The translations under genes and the position numbers were made by a program. From NCBI GenBank assembly GCA_003022865.1, contig PXSK01000021.1:12228-76227 (forward strand): a stretch of 64,000 nucleotides of DNA, read 5' to 3'. Numbering within the stretch: position 1 is the stretch's first letter; each line of letters starts with the position of its first letter. The DNA comes from Halobacteriales archaeon SW_5_70_135 (GTDB lineage Archaea; Halobacteriota; Halobacteria; Halobacteriales; SW-7-71-33). The notes under the pieces are model-generated. The model searched no databases. It was given only the letters and a program-made list of their open reading frames with translations, and was not told the origin of the DNA. This document shows, piece after piece, positions 29,033-39,596 of this stretch.

Positions 29033-30370
29033 ATGGACGACGACCTCATCGACACGGGCGGACTCTCGGCGGAGCGACGGTCGCTGCTGCCCGGGACCGG
29101 TTTCTTCTACCCCGACTCGCTGGACGAGGACCGCGCCGACGAGCGAGCCGCGGCGGCGCTGTCGGGCGCCGACACGGCCGTCGTCGCCGACCCCGACGCC
29201 GACGGTCTCGCCTGTGCCGCGCTGCTGCGGGCGGCGTTCGGGCGCCCTACGGACGGCACGGCGATCGAGACGCTACGGTCGCGCACGGCCGACGGCGACG
29301 GCGACAGAGACGAAGGCGAGGACGAGAACGAGGACGAGGCGACGTGGACACACGGCGTCGTCGACGACCGCGACCCCGAGGACCCGGTCGCGGCGGTCGT
29401 CGAGGCAGTCGAGAGCGACGACGAGGAGGAAGAGGACGAGAGACCGGGAGTCCGGGCCGGAAGCGACGTGGCGCTGGTGCCGGCGGGGCCGTACGACATC
29501 GCCGAGGGGCTCGCCCGGGTCGTCGCTCACGGCGCGGCCGACATCGACGTGTTCGTCTGTGACGTCTGCCCGGACGAGTTCGCCGCGATCGACGTCGAAC
29601 TCGCGGCGGTGGTCGAGCACGCCGGCCGGGTACGCTGGTTCGACCACCACCAGTGGGACCCCGAGGTCGCGGCGGCGGTCCGCGAGGCCGGCGTCGAGCT
29701 GGTCGTCGGCGAGTCGGACGCCGAGTGCACGGCCGACGTGACGCTGCGGTCGGTCGAGTACGACTTCCCCGAGCGTCTCGTCGACCTCGTGAGCGTCACG
29801 CGAGACCACGACCTCTGGATCAAGGAGGACCCCCGCAGCGACGACCTCGCGGACCTGTCGTACTGGCTGGACGGCGAGACGTACGCCGAGGTCGTCCGCG
29901 AGTACGGCGCCGACCTGCCGGGTGTCGCCGTCGACTACCTCGAACGGCGCCGCACCGAGAAACGGGACCGCATCGACCGTGCCGTCGGTCGTGCCGACAC
30001 CCACGAGGTCGACGTCCACGGTCTGCCCGCCGACGAACGGGCGGACGGCGAGGGGGACGAGCCGGACCCGCTGACGGTGGCGGTCACCTACGGTCGCTGC
30101 TCGCAGAACGAGGTGGCCGAGCGACTGCGCGAGCAGGGGGCCGACGCCGCCGTCGTCGTGAAGCCCAGCGGCAGCGCGAGCGTCAGAGGGTCGGCGACGT
30201 TCCGCCGCGCCCACGAGGTCGCCCGCCAGGTCGGCGGCGGCGGTCACCCGCAGGCCGCGGGCTGCAAACCCGACGTCTACGACGACATGCTCGACTACGC
30301 CCACCACTGGACCACACGCGGCGCGGTGACGCGCCGGGCGATCCTCGCCGCCTTCGAGTCGCTGGACTGA
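29033..30370 (+). CDS. DHH/DHHA1 family phosphoesterase
   Basis: DPDADG, WFDHH, GGGGHPQAAGC. Confidence 0.85.
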   Translation: MDDDLIDTGGLSAERRSLLPGTGFFYPDSLDEDRADERAAAALSGADTAVVADPDADGLACAALLRAAFGRPTDGTAIETLRSRTADGDGDRDEGEDENEDEATWTHGVVDDRDPEDPVAAVVEAVESDDEEEEDERPGVRAGSDVALVPAGPYDIAEGLARVVAHGAADIDVFVCDVCPDEFAAIDVELAAVVEHAGRVRWFDHHQWDPEVAAAVREAGVELVVGESDAECTADVTLRSVEYDFPERLVDLVSVTRDHDLWIKEDPRSDDLADLSYWLDGETYAEVVREYGADLPGVAVDYLERRRTEKRDRIDRAVGRADTHEVDVHGLPADERADGEGDEPDPLTVAVTYGRCSQNEVAERLREQGADAAVVVKPSGSASVRGSATFRRAHEVARQVGGGGHPQAAGCKPDVYDDMLDYAHHWTTRGAVTRRAILAAFESLD

Positions 30371-30372
30371 GC

Positions 30373-30837
30373 TCAGCCCTCGGCCACCCACCGGTCCGAG
30401 TACGCCACGCCACAGGAGCACTGCGCGTAGGCGTGGACGACGTCGCCCTCGGCGTACAGTCCCTGGCCGTCCGGCTGGTGGGCCTCGACGAAGGCGAACA
30501 GAAAGCGAGCGTGGTGGTCGTCGTCGGTCTCGTCGTTCTCGCCGTCGACCTCCCCGCTCGTGTCGTCCAGGCAGGTCCCGCCGGTGAGACTCCGCCATAC
30601 GTCGCCGTCGCGGCCGCGGGCGCGACCGGCGAAGCTCATCGCGTCGACGCCCGTCGCGGCGGCGAAGGCCTGCCGACCGCGCTCGCCGTCGACGACCACC
30701 ACCGTACCGCCGTCGACGCGCTCGCCGCCGCCGGCACCCGCGAGGCGGTCGGGGTCGTCCACCGCGTCGTCCGAGAGGTACACCAGCAGCTCGGACGGTC
30801 GCTCGCCCGCCAGGAAGCCGCGTCGGCGCTCGTCCAT
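30373..30837 (-). CDS. Conserved haloarchaeal protein (DUF5807-like)
   Basis: FLAGER..., FAFVE..., LYAEGDVVHAYAQCSCGVAYSDRW. Confidence 0.7.
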   Translation of the reverse strand: MDERRRGFLAGERPSELLVYLSDDAVDDPDRLAGAGGGERVDGGTVVVVDGERGRQAFAAATGVDAMSFAGRARGRDGDVWRSLTGGTCLDDTSGEVDGENDETDDDHHARFLFAFVEAHQPDGQGLYAEGDVVHAYAQCSCGVAYSDRWVAEG

Positions 30838-30924
30838 CGACGAGTCGTCGGGCCGGCACACGGAAAACGGGCGCGGTCGCCCGTCGTCGAGTCTCCCCGC
30901 TGGGCCGGCCACGCCCGACAACGC

Positions 30925-31365
30925 TCAGCCGTCGAGAGTGCGGGCGATGTCGGCCAGGTCGTCGTCGCGCTCGCGTCGCTGCCGGTAGGTGACCGACTCG
31001 CCGGGGTCGCGCAGACCGTACCGCTCGCCGACCGACAGCACGTCGACGAGAACGGGGTTGCCGGCGGTCAGGCCGCGCTCGTCGGCCCACGTCGCCAGCC
31101 GGTCGGTCGCGCCGTCGGCGGCGCTCGACGGGTCGCGGGCCATGTCGGGCGTGTCGTACACACCCGGAAAGAAGGGTGCGCCGTCGGTCGCCTCGCGGGC
31201 ACGGGCGTGACGGACCGTCCCGTCGAGGAGTACGCGGACGACGGTGCCGGTCTCGAAGGCGTCGCCGTCGGCGGTGGGCGCGAGCAGGCGCAGCCCGGGA
31301 CCGAACCGCTCCAGGTGTGCCCGCACGCTGCGGACGGAGGGGTGGTCGGCCGGGAGGTCGGTCAC
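30925..31365 (-). CDS. Conserved haloarchaeal hypothetical protein
   Basis: DHPSVRSVRA, GVYDTPDMAR, YGLRDPGE; co-oriented downstream of S6e. Confidence 0.7.
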   Translation of the reverse strand: MTDLPADHPSVRSVRAHLERFGPGLRLLAPTADGDAFETGTVVRVLLDGTVRHARAREATDGAPFFPGVYDTPDMARDPSSAADGATDRLATWADERGLTAGNPVLVDVLSVGERYGLRDPGESVTYRQRRERDDDLADIARTLDG

Positions 31366-31366
31366 G

Positions 31367-31756
31367 CTACTCGTCGTCCTCGCCGAGCAGTTCCGCCACG
31401 CTCGCCTCGCCGCGCTCGGCGATCTCGGCGTTTACCTGCTGGATGTCGTCGCTGACTTCGTTGCCGCGGACGGTGATCCGGCGTCGCTCGCCGTCGCGGC
31501 TGGGGCGGTAGCCCGTGCCGCCGGTGGCGAGCACCTCGCTCAGGGCCGGTCCGTCGACGTCCTCGTGCATCGGACGGCCGGTGTCGTCCGAGCCGCCGGT
31601 GATCCGCAGCGTATAGCCACTCAGATCGACGGCGGCGCCGTCGACCTCCTCGCCTATCGAGCGGCCGAGAAAGCGGTTCGCGTCCTGTCCGTCCGTCTCG
31701 AACTGGTGTGCGGTCCCGGTCTCGGGATCGCCGACGACGACCGTGAACGTAGCCAT
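31367..31756 (-). CDS. rps6e: 30S ribosomal protein S6e
   Basis: [31 protein letters not shown]. Confidence 0.93.
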   Translation of the reverse strand: MATFTVVVGDPETGTAHQFETDGQDANRFLGRSIGEEVDGAAVDLSGYTLRITGGSDDTGRPMHEDVDGPALSEVLATGGTGYRPSRDGERRRITVRGNEVSDDIQQVNAEIAERGEASVAELLGEDDE

Positions 31757-31816
31757 ACCAGACGAGAGCGGGCCGCCGTGCAAAAGCGTATTGAAACGCC
31801 GACCCCTCGACCGGTC

Positions 31817-32152
31817 GTGACCGAGGACGCCCCCGAAGCGGGCGGCGACGCGCGGTCGGTCGACGCGGAGCGACTGGCCGACGCGCTGGCGACCTTCGAC
31901 GGCACGTCGGGGGAGCGCCGCGCCGTGGCCCGGGCCGCCCGCGACCTGGCCGACGACGGTCGGCTGGCGGCGGACCGCGGGGTCGAGCCGGCCGTGACCG
32001 CCGAGACCGTCGTCCGCGAACTCCGACAGGCGCCCGACGGCGGGCCGAGCGAGCGGTGGAACTGGTGGGTCGGCTCGCTCGACGTCGCCTACGGCGGGTA
32101 CCGGGCGTTCGCCGTCCGACGGTTCCGGGCGGACGGGGACGCGACCGGGTGA
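31817..32152 (+). CDS. Conserved haloarchaeal hypothetical protein
   Basis: [31 protein letters not shown]. Confidence 0.7.
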   Translation: MTEDAPEAGGDARSVDAERLADALATFDGTSGERRAVARAARDLADDGRLAADRGVEPAVTAETVVRELRQAPDGGPSERWNWWVGSLDVAYGGYRAFAVRRFRADGDATG

Positions 32153-32307
32153 CCCTGGCGAGTCCAGGCAGCGAGTCACGGACGACGGCGACAGCGAGCG
32201 GAGCGCCGGCGAGTCAGGGGCGGCGACGGCGGCGAGCGGGGCGCCGTCCGCGGAGGGGACGGGCCGGACCGACGGACACATGCGCCTCCGTCCTCGACCG
32301 TGGACCG

Positions 32308-33570
32308 ATGGAGGTGCGCTTTCTGGGCGGTGCCGGCGAGGTCGGGCGCTCGGCGCTGCTGGTCGACGACCGGCTACTGCTCGACTTCGGCGTGAAGACG
32401 GGCACGCCGACCACCTACCCACTGGGACTGCGCTCGGTCGACCCCGAGGCGGTCGTCGTCAGCCACGCCCACCTCGACCACGCCGGGGCGCTGCCGACGC
32501 TGATGGGCGCCCCCGACGCCGAGGAACGGCCGGAGGTGCACTGGACGCCGCCGACGGACGAACTCGCGCGGCTGCTCGCCCGCGACACGCTCCGGCTGGC
32601 CGACGGCTACGACTGTCCGTTCACCGCCGAGGACGTCCGCCGGCTCATGGAGCAGAGCGTCCACCACGGCTACCGCGAGCCGTTCGAGGCCGCCGGTCAC
32701 CGCGTCGAGTTCCTCGACGCCGGCCACGTTCCCGGGAGCACACACGTCCTCGTCGACGAGGGTCCCGCGGACACGGAGGGTGACACCCGCCTGCTGTACA
32801 CCGCGGACTTCAACACCGAGGACCAGCGACTGCTCGCCGGCACGACCGCCCGTCCCGACGCCGACGCGGTGGCCGTCGAGTCCACCTACGCCTTCGACGA
32901 GCGACCGCCCCGCGAGGAGATCGAGACGGCGTTCGTGACCCGCGTGCGGCGGACGCTGCGGCAGGGCGGCACCGTTATCGTCCCCGCCTTCGCGGTGGGG
33001 CGCACTCAGGAGATGATGGCGGTCTGTGCGCGGGCCGGCGTCGACTGCTACGTCGACGGCATGGGTACTCGCGTCACGGACCTGTTCCGCCGTCACCGGG
33101 ACTTTCTCCGCGACCCGGACGCGCTCGACGCGGCCGCCTCGAACGCCCGCACCGTCGACGGGCGGCCCGGCCAGCGCGAGCGCATCGCCGAGCAGTCCAC
33201 CGTCGTGATCACCACGAGCGGCATGCTCCAGGGCGGACCGGCGATGACGTACGTGCCGGCGGTGCGGTCGAACCCCGCGAACCTCGTCGCGCTGTCGGGC
33301 TACCAGGTCGAGGACACACCCGGTCGCGACCTCCTCGAAACTGGCAGCGCCGAGATCGACGGCCGACGGATGCCCGTCGCCGCCCAGGTCGAGGCGTTCG
33401 ACTTCTCCGCACACGCCGACCGCTCCGGGCTGCTCGCCTTTCTGGACGACTACCGCGAGGCGACCGTGCTCGTCAACCACGGCGACCGCTGCGAGGCGTT
33501 CGCCGCCGACCGCCGCGAGGCGGGCTTCGACGCCCGGGCGCCGGACCGCGGCGAGACCGTCACCGTCTGA
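32308..33570 (+). CDS. Beta-CASP metallo-beta-lactamase ribonuclease (aCPSF2-like)
   Basis: [46 protein letters not shown]. Confidence 0.88.
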   Translation: MEVRFLGGAGEVGRSALLVDDRLLLDFGVKTGTPTTYPLGLRSVDPEAVVVSHAHLDHAGALPTLMGAPDAEERPEVHWTPPTDELARLLARDTLRLADGYDCPFTAEDVRRLMEQSVHHGYREPFEAAGHRVEFLDAGHVPGSTHVLVDEGPADTEGDTRLLYTADFNTEDQRLLAGTTARPDADAVAVESTYAFDERPPREEIETAFVTRVRRTLRQGGTVIVPAFAVGRTQEMMAVCARAGVDCYVDGMGTRVTDLFRRHRDFLRDPDALDAAASNARTVDGRPGQRERIAEQSTVVITTSGMLQGGPAMTYVPAVRSNPANLVALSGYQVEDTPGRDLLETGSAEIDGRRMPVAAQVEAFDFSAHADRSGLLAFLDDYREATVLVNHGDRCEAFAADRREAGFDARAPDRGETVTV

Positions 33571-33611
33571 GCTCCGCGACGTCGTGACCACGGCGAGACC
33601 GTCACCGTCTG
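33544..33611 (+). repeat. 26-bp direct repeat duplicating the gene 3' end
   Basis: GACC(G/A)CGGCGAGACCGTCACCGTCTG at 33544-33569 and 33586-33611. Confidence 0.8.
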
Positions 33612-33702
33612 GGGGCTAGCGTGACGCCGTGACCGCCAGCGGACGACCCCATGAGCGGCGCCGAGCGGTGGGCTTAACAGCCTCGATCGGCAACAGTCTA
33701 CG

Positions 33703-36561
33703 ATGAGTTCCGGCGTCGTCGACGGGTCGGTGTTCGACGTACTCCACCCCGAGGTGCGGTCGGCGCTCGCCCGGCGGGGCTTCGAGGAGCCGACCGCGCC
33801 CCAGCGGGTCGCCGTCGAGCCGATCGCCGACGGCGAGCACACGCTCGTCGTCGCCCCCACCGGCAGTGGCAAGACCGAGACCGCCATGCTGCCGGTGCTC
33901 TCCTCGATCGTCGAGGGGCGTGCCGAACGGGCCCGCGGCGCGGACGAGGGAACGCCAGCGACGCCGTTCGGTATCTCGGCGCTGTACGTGACGCCGCTGC
34001 GGGCGCTGAACCGCGACATGCGCGAGCGCCTGGAGTGGTGGGGGGAAACACTCGACGTGGAGGTGGACGTACGCCACGGCGACACGACCCGGTACCGGCG
34101 GCGACAGCAGGCGACGGACCCGCCGGACGTGCTCGTGACGACGCCGGAGACGCTACAGGCGATGCTCACCGGCTCGCGGCTGCGGGAGGCACTCGCCGAC
34201 GTCGCCCACGTCGTCGTCGACGAGGTGCACGAACTCGCCGCCGACAAGCGCGGCGCCCAGCTCACGGTGGGACTGGAGCGTCTGCACGCCCTTACGGGTG
34301 CGTTCCAGCGGGTCGGCCTCTCGGCGACCGTCGGCGACCCCGAGGAGGTGGGCCGGTTCCTCACCGGCGACCGGGGCTGTGCCGTCCGCACGGTGGCGGC
34401 CGGCTCGAACCTCGATGTCTCCGTGACCCGACCGGAGGTGACCGCCGAGGACGAGCGGCTGGCCGCCGAGCTCGCCACCGACGCCGAGACCGCGAGTCAC
34501 GTGCGGGCGATCCGCGATCTGGTGCGGGCGAACGAGTCGACGCTGGTCTTCGTCAACACCCGGCAGACGGCGGAGGCGATGGGCGCTCGCGTGACCGCAC
34601 TCGACCTGCCGGTCGGCGTCCACCACGGCTCGCTGTCGAAGGCGGCCCGCGTCGAGGTCGAGGACCGATTCAAGAGCGGCGAGATCGACGGACTGCTGTG
34701 TACGTCGTCGATGGAACTGGGTATCGACGTCGGTCGAGTGGACCACGTCGTCCAGTTCGGCTCGCCGCGGCAGGTGACCCGCCTGCTCCAGCGGGTCGGG
34801 CGGGCGGGCCACCGCGAGAACCGACAGTCGCGGGGGACGGTCGTCACCCGTGGGCCGGACGACACGCTGGAGGCGATGACCATCGCCCGTCGCGCCCGCG
34901 AGGGGGAGGTCGAGCCCGCCCAGATCCACGAAGGCTCGCTGGACGTCGTCGCCAACCAGGTACCGGGGATGGTAATGGAGCGGGAGGCGATCGACGCGGT
35001 GCGCGCCTACGAGATCGTCACCCGGGCGTACCCCTTCGCCGACCTGGAGCGCGGCCAGTTCAAGGCCGTCCTGCGCGAACTCGCCGGCAACCGCGTCGTC
35101 TGGCTGGAGGAGGGCCGCGACCGGATCGAGGCCACCGGCAGCACGCGCACGTACGTCTACGGCAACCTCTCGATGATCCCCGACGAGGAGACCTACGACG
35201 TGAAGGACGTCGCCGGCGGCGGGCGCGTCGGCACGCTCGACGAGCGGTTCGTCCGCAACTTCGCCGAGCCGGGAGCGACGTTCGTCCAGCGCGGGCAGAT
35301 GTGGCGCGTCGTCACCGTCGAGGACGACGACGAGGTCGTCCGCGTCAACCCCGTGGAGGACCCCGCCGGCGAGGTGCCCTCCTGGGTCGGCCAGGAGATA
35401 CCGGTACCGCGTGCCGTCGCCCAGGAGGTCGGCGAACTGCGCGGCGTCGCCGCTCCACAGCTGAAGCGGGCGTCCGCCGAGGCCGTCGCCGGCGACGTGG
35501 CCGGTCGCTACCCGGCCGACCGGGGGACGGTAGCCGACGGTCTGGAGCGGCTCGCGGACCACGCCGGGGACCACCCCGTGCCGACGGACGACCGGATCGT
35601 CGTCGAGGGCGGCGGCGGGACAGTCGTCGTCAATGCCGCCTTCGGTCACGAGACGAACGAGACGATAGGTCGCGTGCTCTCCTCGCTGGTGGGACAGCGT
35701 GCGGGGTCGACGGTCGGCATGGAGGTCGACCCCTACCGGATCGAGCTGGACCTGCCCCGCGGCGTCGGTCCGGGCGAGGTGGTCGAGACGCTGCGCGAGA
35801 CGGAGCCCGAGCACGTCCGGTCGATCGTCGAGCTGAGTCTGAAACGGTCGGAGGCGCTGACCTTCCGACTCGCGCAGGTGGCGACGAAGTTCGGCCGCCT
35901 GGAGGGACGCCCCTCGCTGAGCGGGGAGCGCCTGCGGGCCGCCTTGGAGGACACGCCAGTCCACGAGGAGGCCGTCCGCGAGGTGTTCCACGAGGACCTC
36001 GCGGTCGACGCCGCGGGGGAGCTGCTCGCCGCGGTCCAGTCGGGCGACGTCGAGCTGGTGACGACCCGGAGTCGGACGCCGGTCGGCGAGGGCGGCCGCT
36101 CGGCGGGCCAGGAGCTGCTCGCGCCCGAGAACGCCGACGCCGACGTGGTGGAGACGGTTCGGGACCGCCTGCAGGAGGACCGCGTGCGGCTGTTCTGTCT
36201 CAACTGCGAGGCGTGGGAGCGCCGGACGAAGGTACGTCGCGTGCCGGACCAGCCGGCGTGTGGCGACTGTGAGGCCACCCGGGTCGCCGCGCTGCATCCG
36301 GCCGCCGACGAGGCCGTGCGGGCCGTGCAGGCCGACGACAAGAGCGACGAACAGGAGAAACGCACCCGCCGCGTGTACCGGAACGCCTCGCTCGTGCAGG
36401 CCCACGGCAGGCGGGCGGTCGTCGCGCTGGCCGGGCGGGGCGTCGGTCCCGACACCGCCGCCCGCATCATCAACCGCCACCGGGAGGACGACCTCGACTT
36501 CTACCGAGACGTGCTCGCCGCCGAGCGGGAGTACGCCCGCACGCGGTCGTTCTGGGACTGA
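33703..36561 (+). CDS. lhr: Lhr-family SF2 helicase
   Basis: APTGSGKT, PLRALNRD, DEVHE, LSAT, HHGSLS, QRVGRAGH, C-terminal CxxC..CxxC. Confidence 0.92.
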   Translation: MSSGVVDGSVFDVLHPEVRSALARRGFEEPTAPQRVAVEPIADGEHTLVVAPTGSGKTETAMLPVLSSIVEGRAERARGADEGTPATPFGISALYVTPLRALNRDMRERLEWWGETLDVEVDVRHGDTTRYRRRQQATDPPDVLVTTPETLQAMLTGSRLREALADVAHVVVDEVHELAADKRGAQLTVGLERLHALTGAFQRVGLSATVGDPEEVGRFLTGDRGCAVRTVAAGSNLDVSVTRPEVTAEDERLAAELATDAETASHVRAIRDLVRANESTLVFVNTRQTAEAMGARVTALDLPVGVHHGSLSKAARVEVEDRFKSGEIDGLLCTSSMELGIDVGRVDHVVQFGSPRQVTRLLQRVGRAGHRENRQSRGTVVTRGPDDTLEAMTIARRAREGEVEPAQIHEGSLDVVANQVPGMVMEREAIDAVRAYEIVTRAYPFADLERGQFKAVLRELAGNRVVWLEEGRDRIEATGSTRTYVYGNLSMIPDEETYDVKDVAGGGRVGTLDERFVRNFAEPGATFVQRGQMWRVVTVEDDDEVVRVNPVEDPAGEVPSWVGQEIPVPRAVAQEVGELRGVAAPQLKRASAEAVAGDVAGRYPADRGTVADGLERLADHAGDHPVPTDDRIVVEGGGGTVVVNAAFGHETNETIGRVLSSLVGQRAGSTVGMEVDPYRIELDLPRGVGPGEVVETLRETEPEHVRSIVELSLKRSEALTFRLAQVATKFGRLEGRPSLSGERLRAALEDTPVHEEAVREVFHEDLAVDAAGELLAAVQSGDVELVTTRSRTPVGEGGRSAGQELLAPENADADVVETVRDRLQEDRVRLFCLNCEAWERRTKVRRVPDQPACGDCEATRVAALHPAADEAVRAVQADDKSDEQEKRTRRVYRNASLVQAHGRRAVVALAGRGVGPDTAARIINRHREDDLDFYRDVLAAEREYARTRSFWD

Positions 36562-36628
36562 CCGGCGGCGACCGGCGGCGGGGAACGACCGACGATCGCC
36601 GACCCGGGAAGCACTTACCACAGGCGGT

Positions 36629-37879
36629 ATGAGTCGGCGTATGAGGCTCGCTCGCGTCGGACTGGCCGTCGTTGGCGTCCTGCTCGTGCTCGCCGTGGTC
36701 GGCCTCCTCGTCGGCGCTTTCGCGGTGCCCTCCGCCGGCGTGGCCGACCAGGGCGACTGGGGCGAGGTGAGCGAGAATCGGACGGAGGTCGTCACGACGG
36801 TGTGGGTGAACAACCCCAACCCGCTGGTGTCGGTGCTCGGGAGCGACCTCGACCTGGAGTACGACCTCGCGCTCAACGGCGTCGACCTCGCGGCCGGCGA
36901 GCGCGAGGGGCTGTCGGTCGAGCGGGGCAACCAGACCCGCGAGTTCACCACCGAGCTGCGCAACGACCGCATCCGGGCGTGGTGGGTCGAGTACGTCCGG
37001 ACGAACGAGACCGTCGACGCCGACGTCCGGGCGACGATCGGTACGCGAGCGGCCTTCCGGAGGGCGTCGTACACGGTCGAGCGCAACGCGACCTTCCTGG
37101 AGAACGAGTCACCGATGATCGACGCGATGACCGAGGCGGTCAACGGGACGGAGGGGTCGTATCCGAGCGCGGCGCCCGTCTACGAGGTTCGGGACGCCCG
37201 CGCGGAGTGGGGGGCCGTGAACCGAACCCGGACGCTCGTACACGTCCGGTTCACCGTCTACAACCCCTCCAGCGTGCCGGTGCCGGCCGCCCCCGAAGGG
37301 ATCAGCGCGACGGTGCGAGCCAACGACGTCGAACTCCTCCGGACCGAGGGCCAGGCGTACGAGCTCAGCGGCGTCGGCCGCGACGAGGTCATCCCACCGG
37401 GCGAGAGCCGCGAGTACACCGTCACGCTACGGATCGACAACGAGCGGATCGACGACTGGTTCCGCTCGCACGTCCGCCAGGACGAGCGCACCGACCTGGA
37501 GGTCGACTTCCAGGCGACAGTGCGCAACCCCCTCACCGGCGACGCGGTCGGGCTGCCGCCGGGCGGCGTGACGTACACCTGCGAGATGCAGACGGGGATC
37601 TTCGTCGACGACGCCGAGTCCGGCACGACCTGCGGCAGCGGCGGCGGCGTCGGCGTCGGTGTCGACGTCGGCACGCCCGACGCCGACCTCGGAGCCGCCC
37701 TGGCGTCCGCGATGACCGCCGGTGTGACTCCGGCGTCCGCAGTAACCGTCGGTCCGACTCCGGCGCCCGCGGCGACCGTCGGCACGGCCCCGAGAGTCGG
37801 CGACGGCGACGCCTCCGCGGGTCGGCCGTCCGCCGGCGAGTCGCGACCGTGGCCGGCGGTCGGTCTCCGCAACGGCTAA
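36629..37879 (+). CDS. LEA_2/WHy-domain membrane-anchored protein
   Basis: N-terminal TM; two domains with V.NPN/V.NPS and WW..Y/WF.SH; low-complexity tail. Confidence 0.75.
   Translation: MSRRMRLARVGLAVVGVLLVLAVVGLLVGAFAVPSAGVADQGDWGEVSENRTEVVTTVWVNNPNPLVSVLGSDLDLEYDLALNGVDLAAGEREGLSVERGNQTREFTTELRNDRIRAWWVEYVRTNETVDADVRATIGTRAAFRRASYTVERNATFLENESPMIDAMTEAVNGTEGSYPSAAPVYEVRDARAEWGAVNRTRTLVHVRFTVYNPSSVPVPAAPEGISATVRANDVELLRTEGQAYELSGVGRDEVIPPGESREYTVTLRIDNERIDDWFRSHVRQDERTDLEVDFQATVRNPLTGDAVGLPPGGVTYTCEMQTGIFVDDAESGTTCGSGGGVGVGVDVGTPDADLGAALASAMTAGVTPASAVTVGPTPAPAATVGTAPRVGDGDASAGRPSAGESRPWPAVGLRNG
37703..37792 (+). repeat. Three degenerate 30-bp tandem repeats
   Basis: Encode ASAMTAGVTP / ASAVTVGPTP / APAATVGTAP. 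Confidence 0.7.
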
Positions 37880-37904
37880 ATGTGGGACACGTCGATGAGC
37901 GGGT

Positions 37905-38084
37905 ATGCGGGTACCGTACGACCTCGGCGCCTACGTTCGGGTGCTGCGCATGGCGAGTACACCCTCCTGGGAGGAGTTCTCCCAGGTGGCGAAGATCGCC
38001 GGCGCCGGCATCCTGCTCGTCGGGCTGCTCGGCTTCGTCATCTTCGTCGTCATGAGCTTTCTCCCCGGGGGAGGGGGTCTCTGA
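37905..38084 (+). CDS. secE: Protein translocase subunit SecE (Sec61 gamma)
   Basis: 59 aa, below the ORF-track cutoff: MRVPYDLGAYVRVLRMASTPSWEEFSQVAKIAGAGILLVGLLGFVIF; TGATG overlap with spt5. Confidence 0.93.
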   Translation: MRVPYDLGAYVRVLRMASTPSWEEFSQVAKIAGAGILLVGLLGFVIFVVMSFLPGGGGL

Positions 38085-38545
38085 TGGGCATCTACGCCGT
38101 CAAGACCACCGCCAGCCAGGAACGCACCGTCGCGGACATGATCATGACTCGCGAGGACGACCGCATCCACGCCGCGTTGGCGCCGGACTCGCTGACCTCC
38201 TACGTGATGGTCGAGGCCGAGGGCGAGACCGGCGGCGAGGGCGACGGGGCGGCCATCATCGAGCGTCACCTCGACGAGATCCCTCACGCCCGCAGCGTCG
38301 TCCCCGGCGACGCCGGTCTCGAGGAGGTCGAGCACTTCCTCTCGCCGACGCCGGACGTCGAGGGGATCGCCGAGGGCGACATCGTCGAACTCATCGCCGG
38401 CCCGTTCAAGGGCGAGAAGGCACAGGTCCAGCGCATCGACGAGGGCAACGACCAGGTCACCGTCGAGCTGTACGAGGCGACCGTGCCGATCCCGGTGACG
38501 GTGCGCGGCGACCAGATCCGCGTGCTGGACAGTGAGGAGCGCTGA
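38084..38545 (+). CDS. spt5: Transcription elongation factor Spt5 (NusG)
   Basis: MGIYAVKTTASQE; KOW GDIVELIAGPFKGEKA. Confidence 0.95.
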   Translation: MGIYAVKTTASQERTVADMIMTREDDRIHAALAPDSLTSYVMVEAEGETGGEGDGAAIIERHLDEIPHARSVVPGDAGLEEVEHFLSPTPDVEGIAEGDIVELIAGPFKGEKAQVQRIDEGNDQVTVELYEATVPIPVTVRGDQIRVLDSEER

Positions 38546-38812
38546 GAGCGCTCCGCATACCACGCGAACGGGCGCCGTGCGCCCGTGAGCGGACAGCGAG
38601 AGTCGATGAGCGAAGCGAGTCGTTCCTCGTCGAGTCGAGCGGCGTAGTCGCGAGACGGCGAGAGGCGCTGAGACGTTCTTTCGGCTCTCGTCCCCTCGCC
38701 GACTCGCGAACGGGAAAGCGAGAAGCGGCGAGCGTATATCACTCGCCCTCTCGCGGCCGCGCCGCTGCCCGGGACCGGAACGACTAATTGCGGGTCGGCG
38801 GAACGACCGCCG

Positions 38813-39583
38813 GTGACGTCGCCCGACGGCTGGACGCGGATCGACACGCACGTGAAGGTGCTCGACGACCGCGTCGTCGCCCGCGCCAAGCGACGCGGAG
38901 TCGACGCCCTGGTGTACGCGCCACACTTCACGCGACTGCCGGACGTCCGTCGGCGGGCGGCGCTGTACTCCGACGACGACCTGCTCGTCGTCCCCGGTCG
39001 GGAGGTGTTCACCGGCAGCTGGCGCGACCGGAGACACGTCCTCGCGCTCGGTCTCGACGCGCCGGTTCCCGACTTCATCACGCTCGCCGGTGCGATGCGC
39101 GAGTTCGACCGCCAGGACGCCACCGTCGTCGTCCCGCATCCCGAGTTCTACTCGGTGGGACTCTCCGAGGCGGACATCCTCGAACACCGTGACGCCGTCG
39201 ACGCCGTCGAGACGTACAACCCGAAGCTGCGTCGGCGACACGTCCGCCGTGTCCGGGCGATCGCCCGTGCGGCCGACCGCCCGCGTACGGCCTCGTCGTA
39301 CGCGCACCTCGGACGGTCGGTCGGCACCGCCTGGACCGCCGTCGACCGTCGCGTTGACGACGCCGCGGAGCTCGTGGCGGCGGTCGCCGACCCCGACGTG
39401 AGCCGTCGGATCGTCCACCGTGCCGGGCCGCGGCACCAGATCGAACGCACCGCGGAGTTCGCCCACCTCGGCTGGGAGAACTCCTGGGAGAAACTCGACC
39501 GCGTGCTGCTGTCGGGCACCGAGCCGACACATCCGGACCACGTCGCCTACGACGGTCGCTTCGACGACGTCGCCGTCTACTGA
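38813..39583 (+). CDS. PHP-domain protein
   Basis: RIDTHVK, YAPHF, GRE, PHP, SSYAH. Confidence 0.8.
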   Translation: MTSPDGWTRIDTHVKVLDDRVVARAKRRGVDALVYAPHFTRLPDVRRRAALYSDDDLLVVPGREVFTGSWRDRRHVLALGLDAPVPDFITLAGAMREFDRQDATVVVPHPEFYSVGLSEADILEHRDAVDAVETYNPKLRRRHVRRVRAIARAADRPRTASSYAHLGRSVGTAWTAVDRRVDDAAELVAAVADPDVSRRIVHRAGPRHQIERTAEFAHLGWENSWEKLDRVLLSGTEPTHPDHVAYDGRFDDVAVY

Positions 39584-39596
39584 CGCCGCCGGCCGG

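Noticed and set aside
34153-37143. Long antisense and alternate-frame ORFs (e.g. 996 aa opposite lhr; many Arg/Pro-rich ORFs)
   Set aside because: Expected stop-poor shadow frames in very GC-rich DNA; no motifs and non-acidic composition
33544-37792. Direct repeats at 33544-33611 and 37703-37792 as mini-CRISPR arrays
   Set aside because: The first has only two copies with a 16-bp spacer and the second has contiguous in-frame degenerate units; no cas genes or leader
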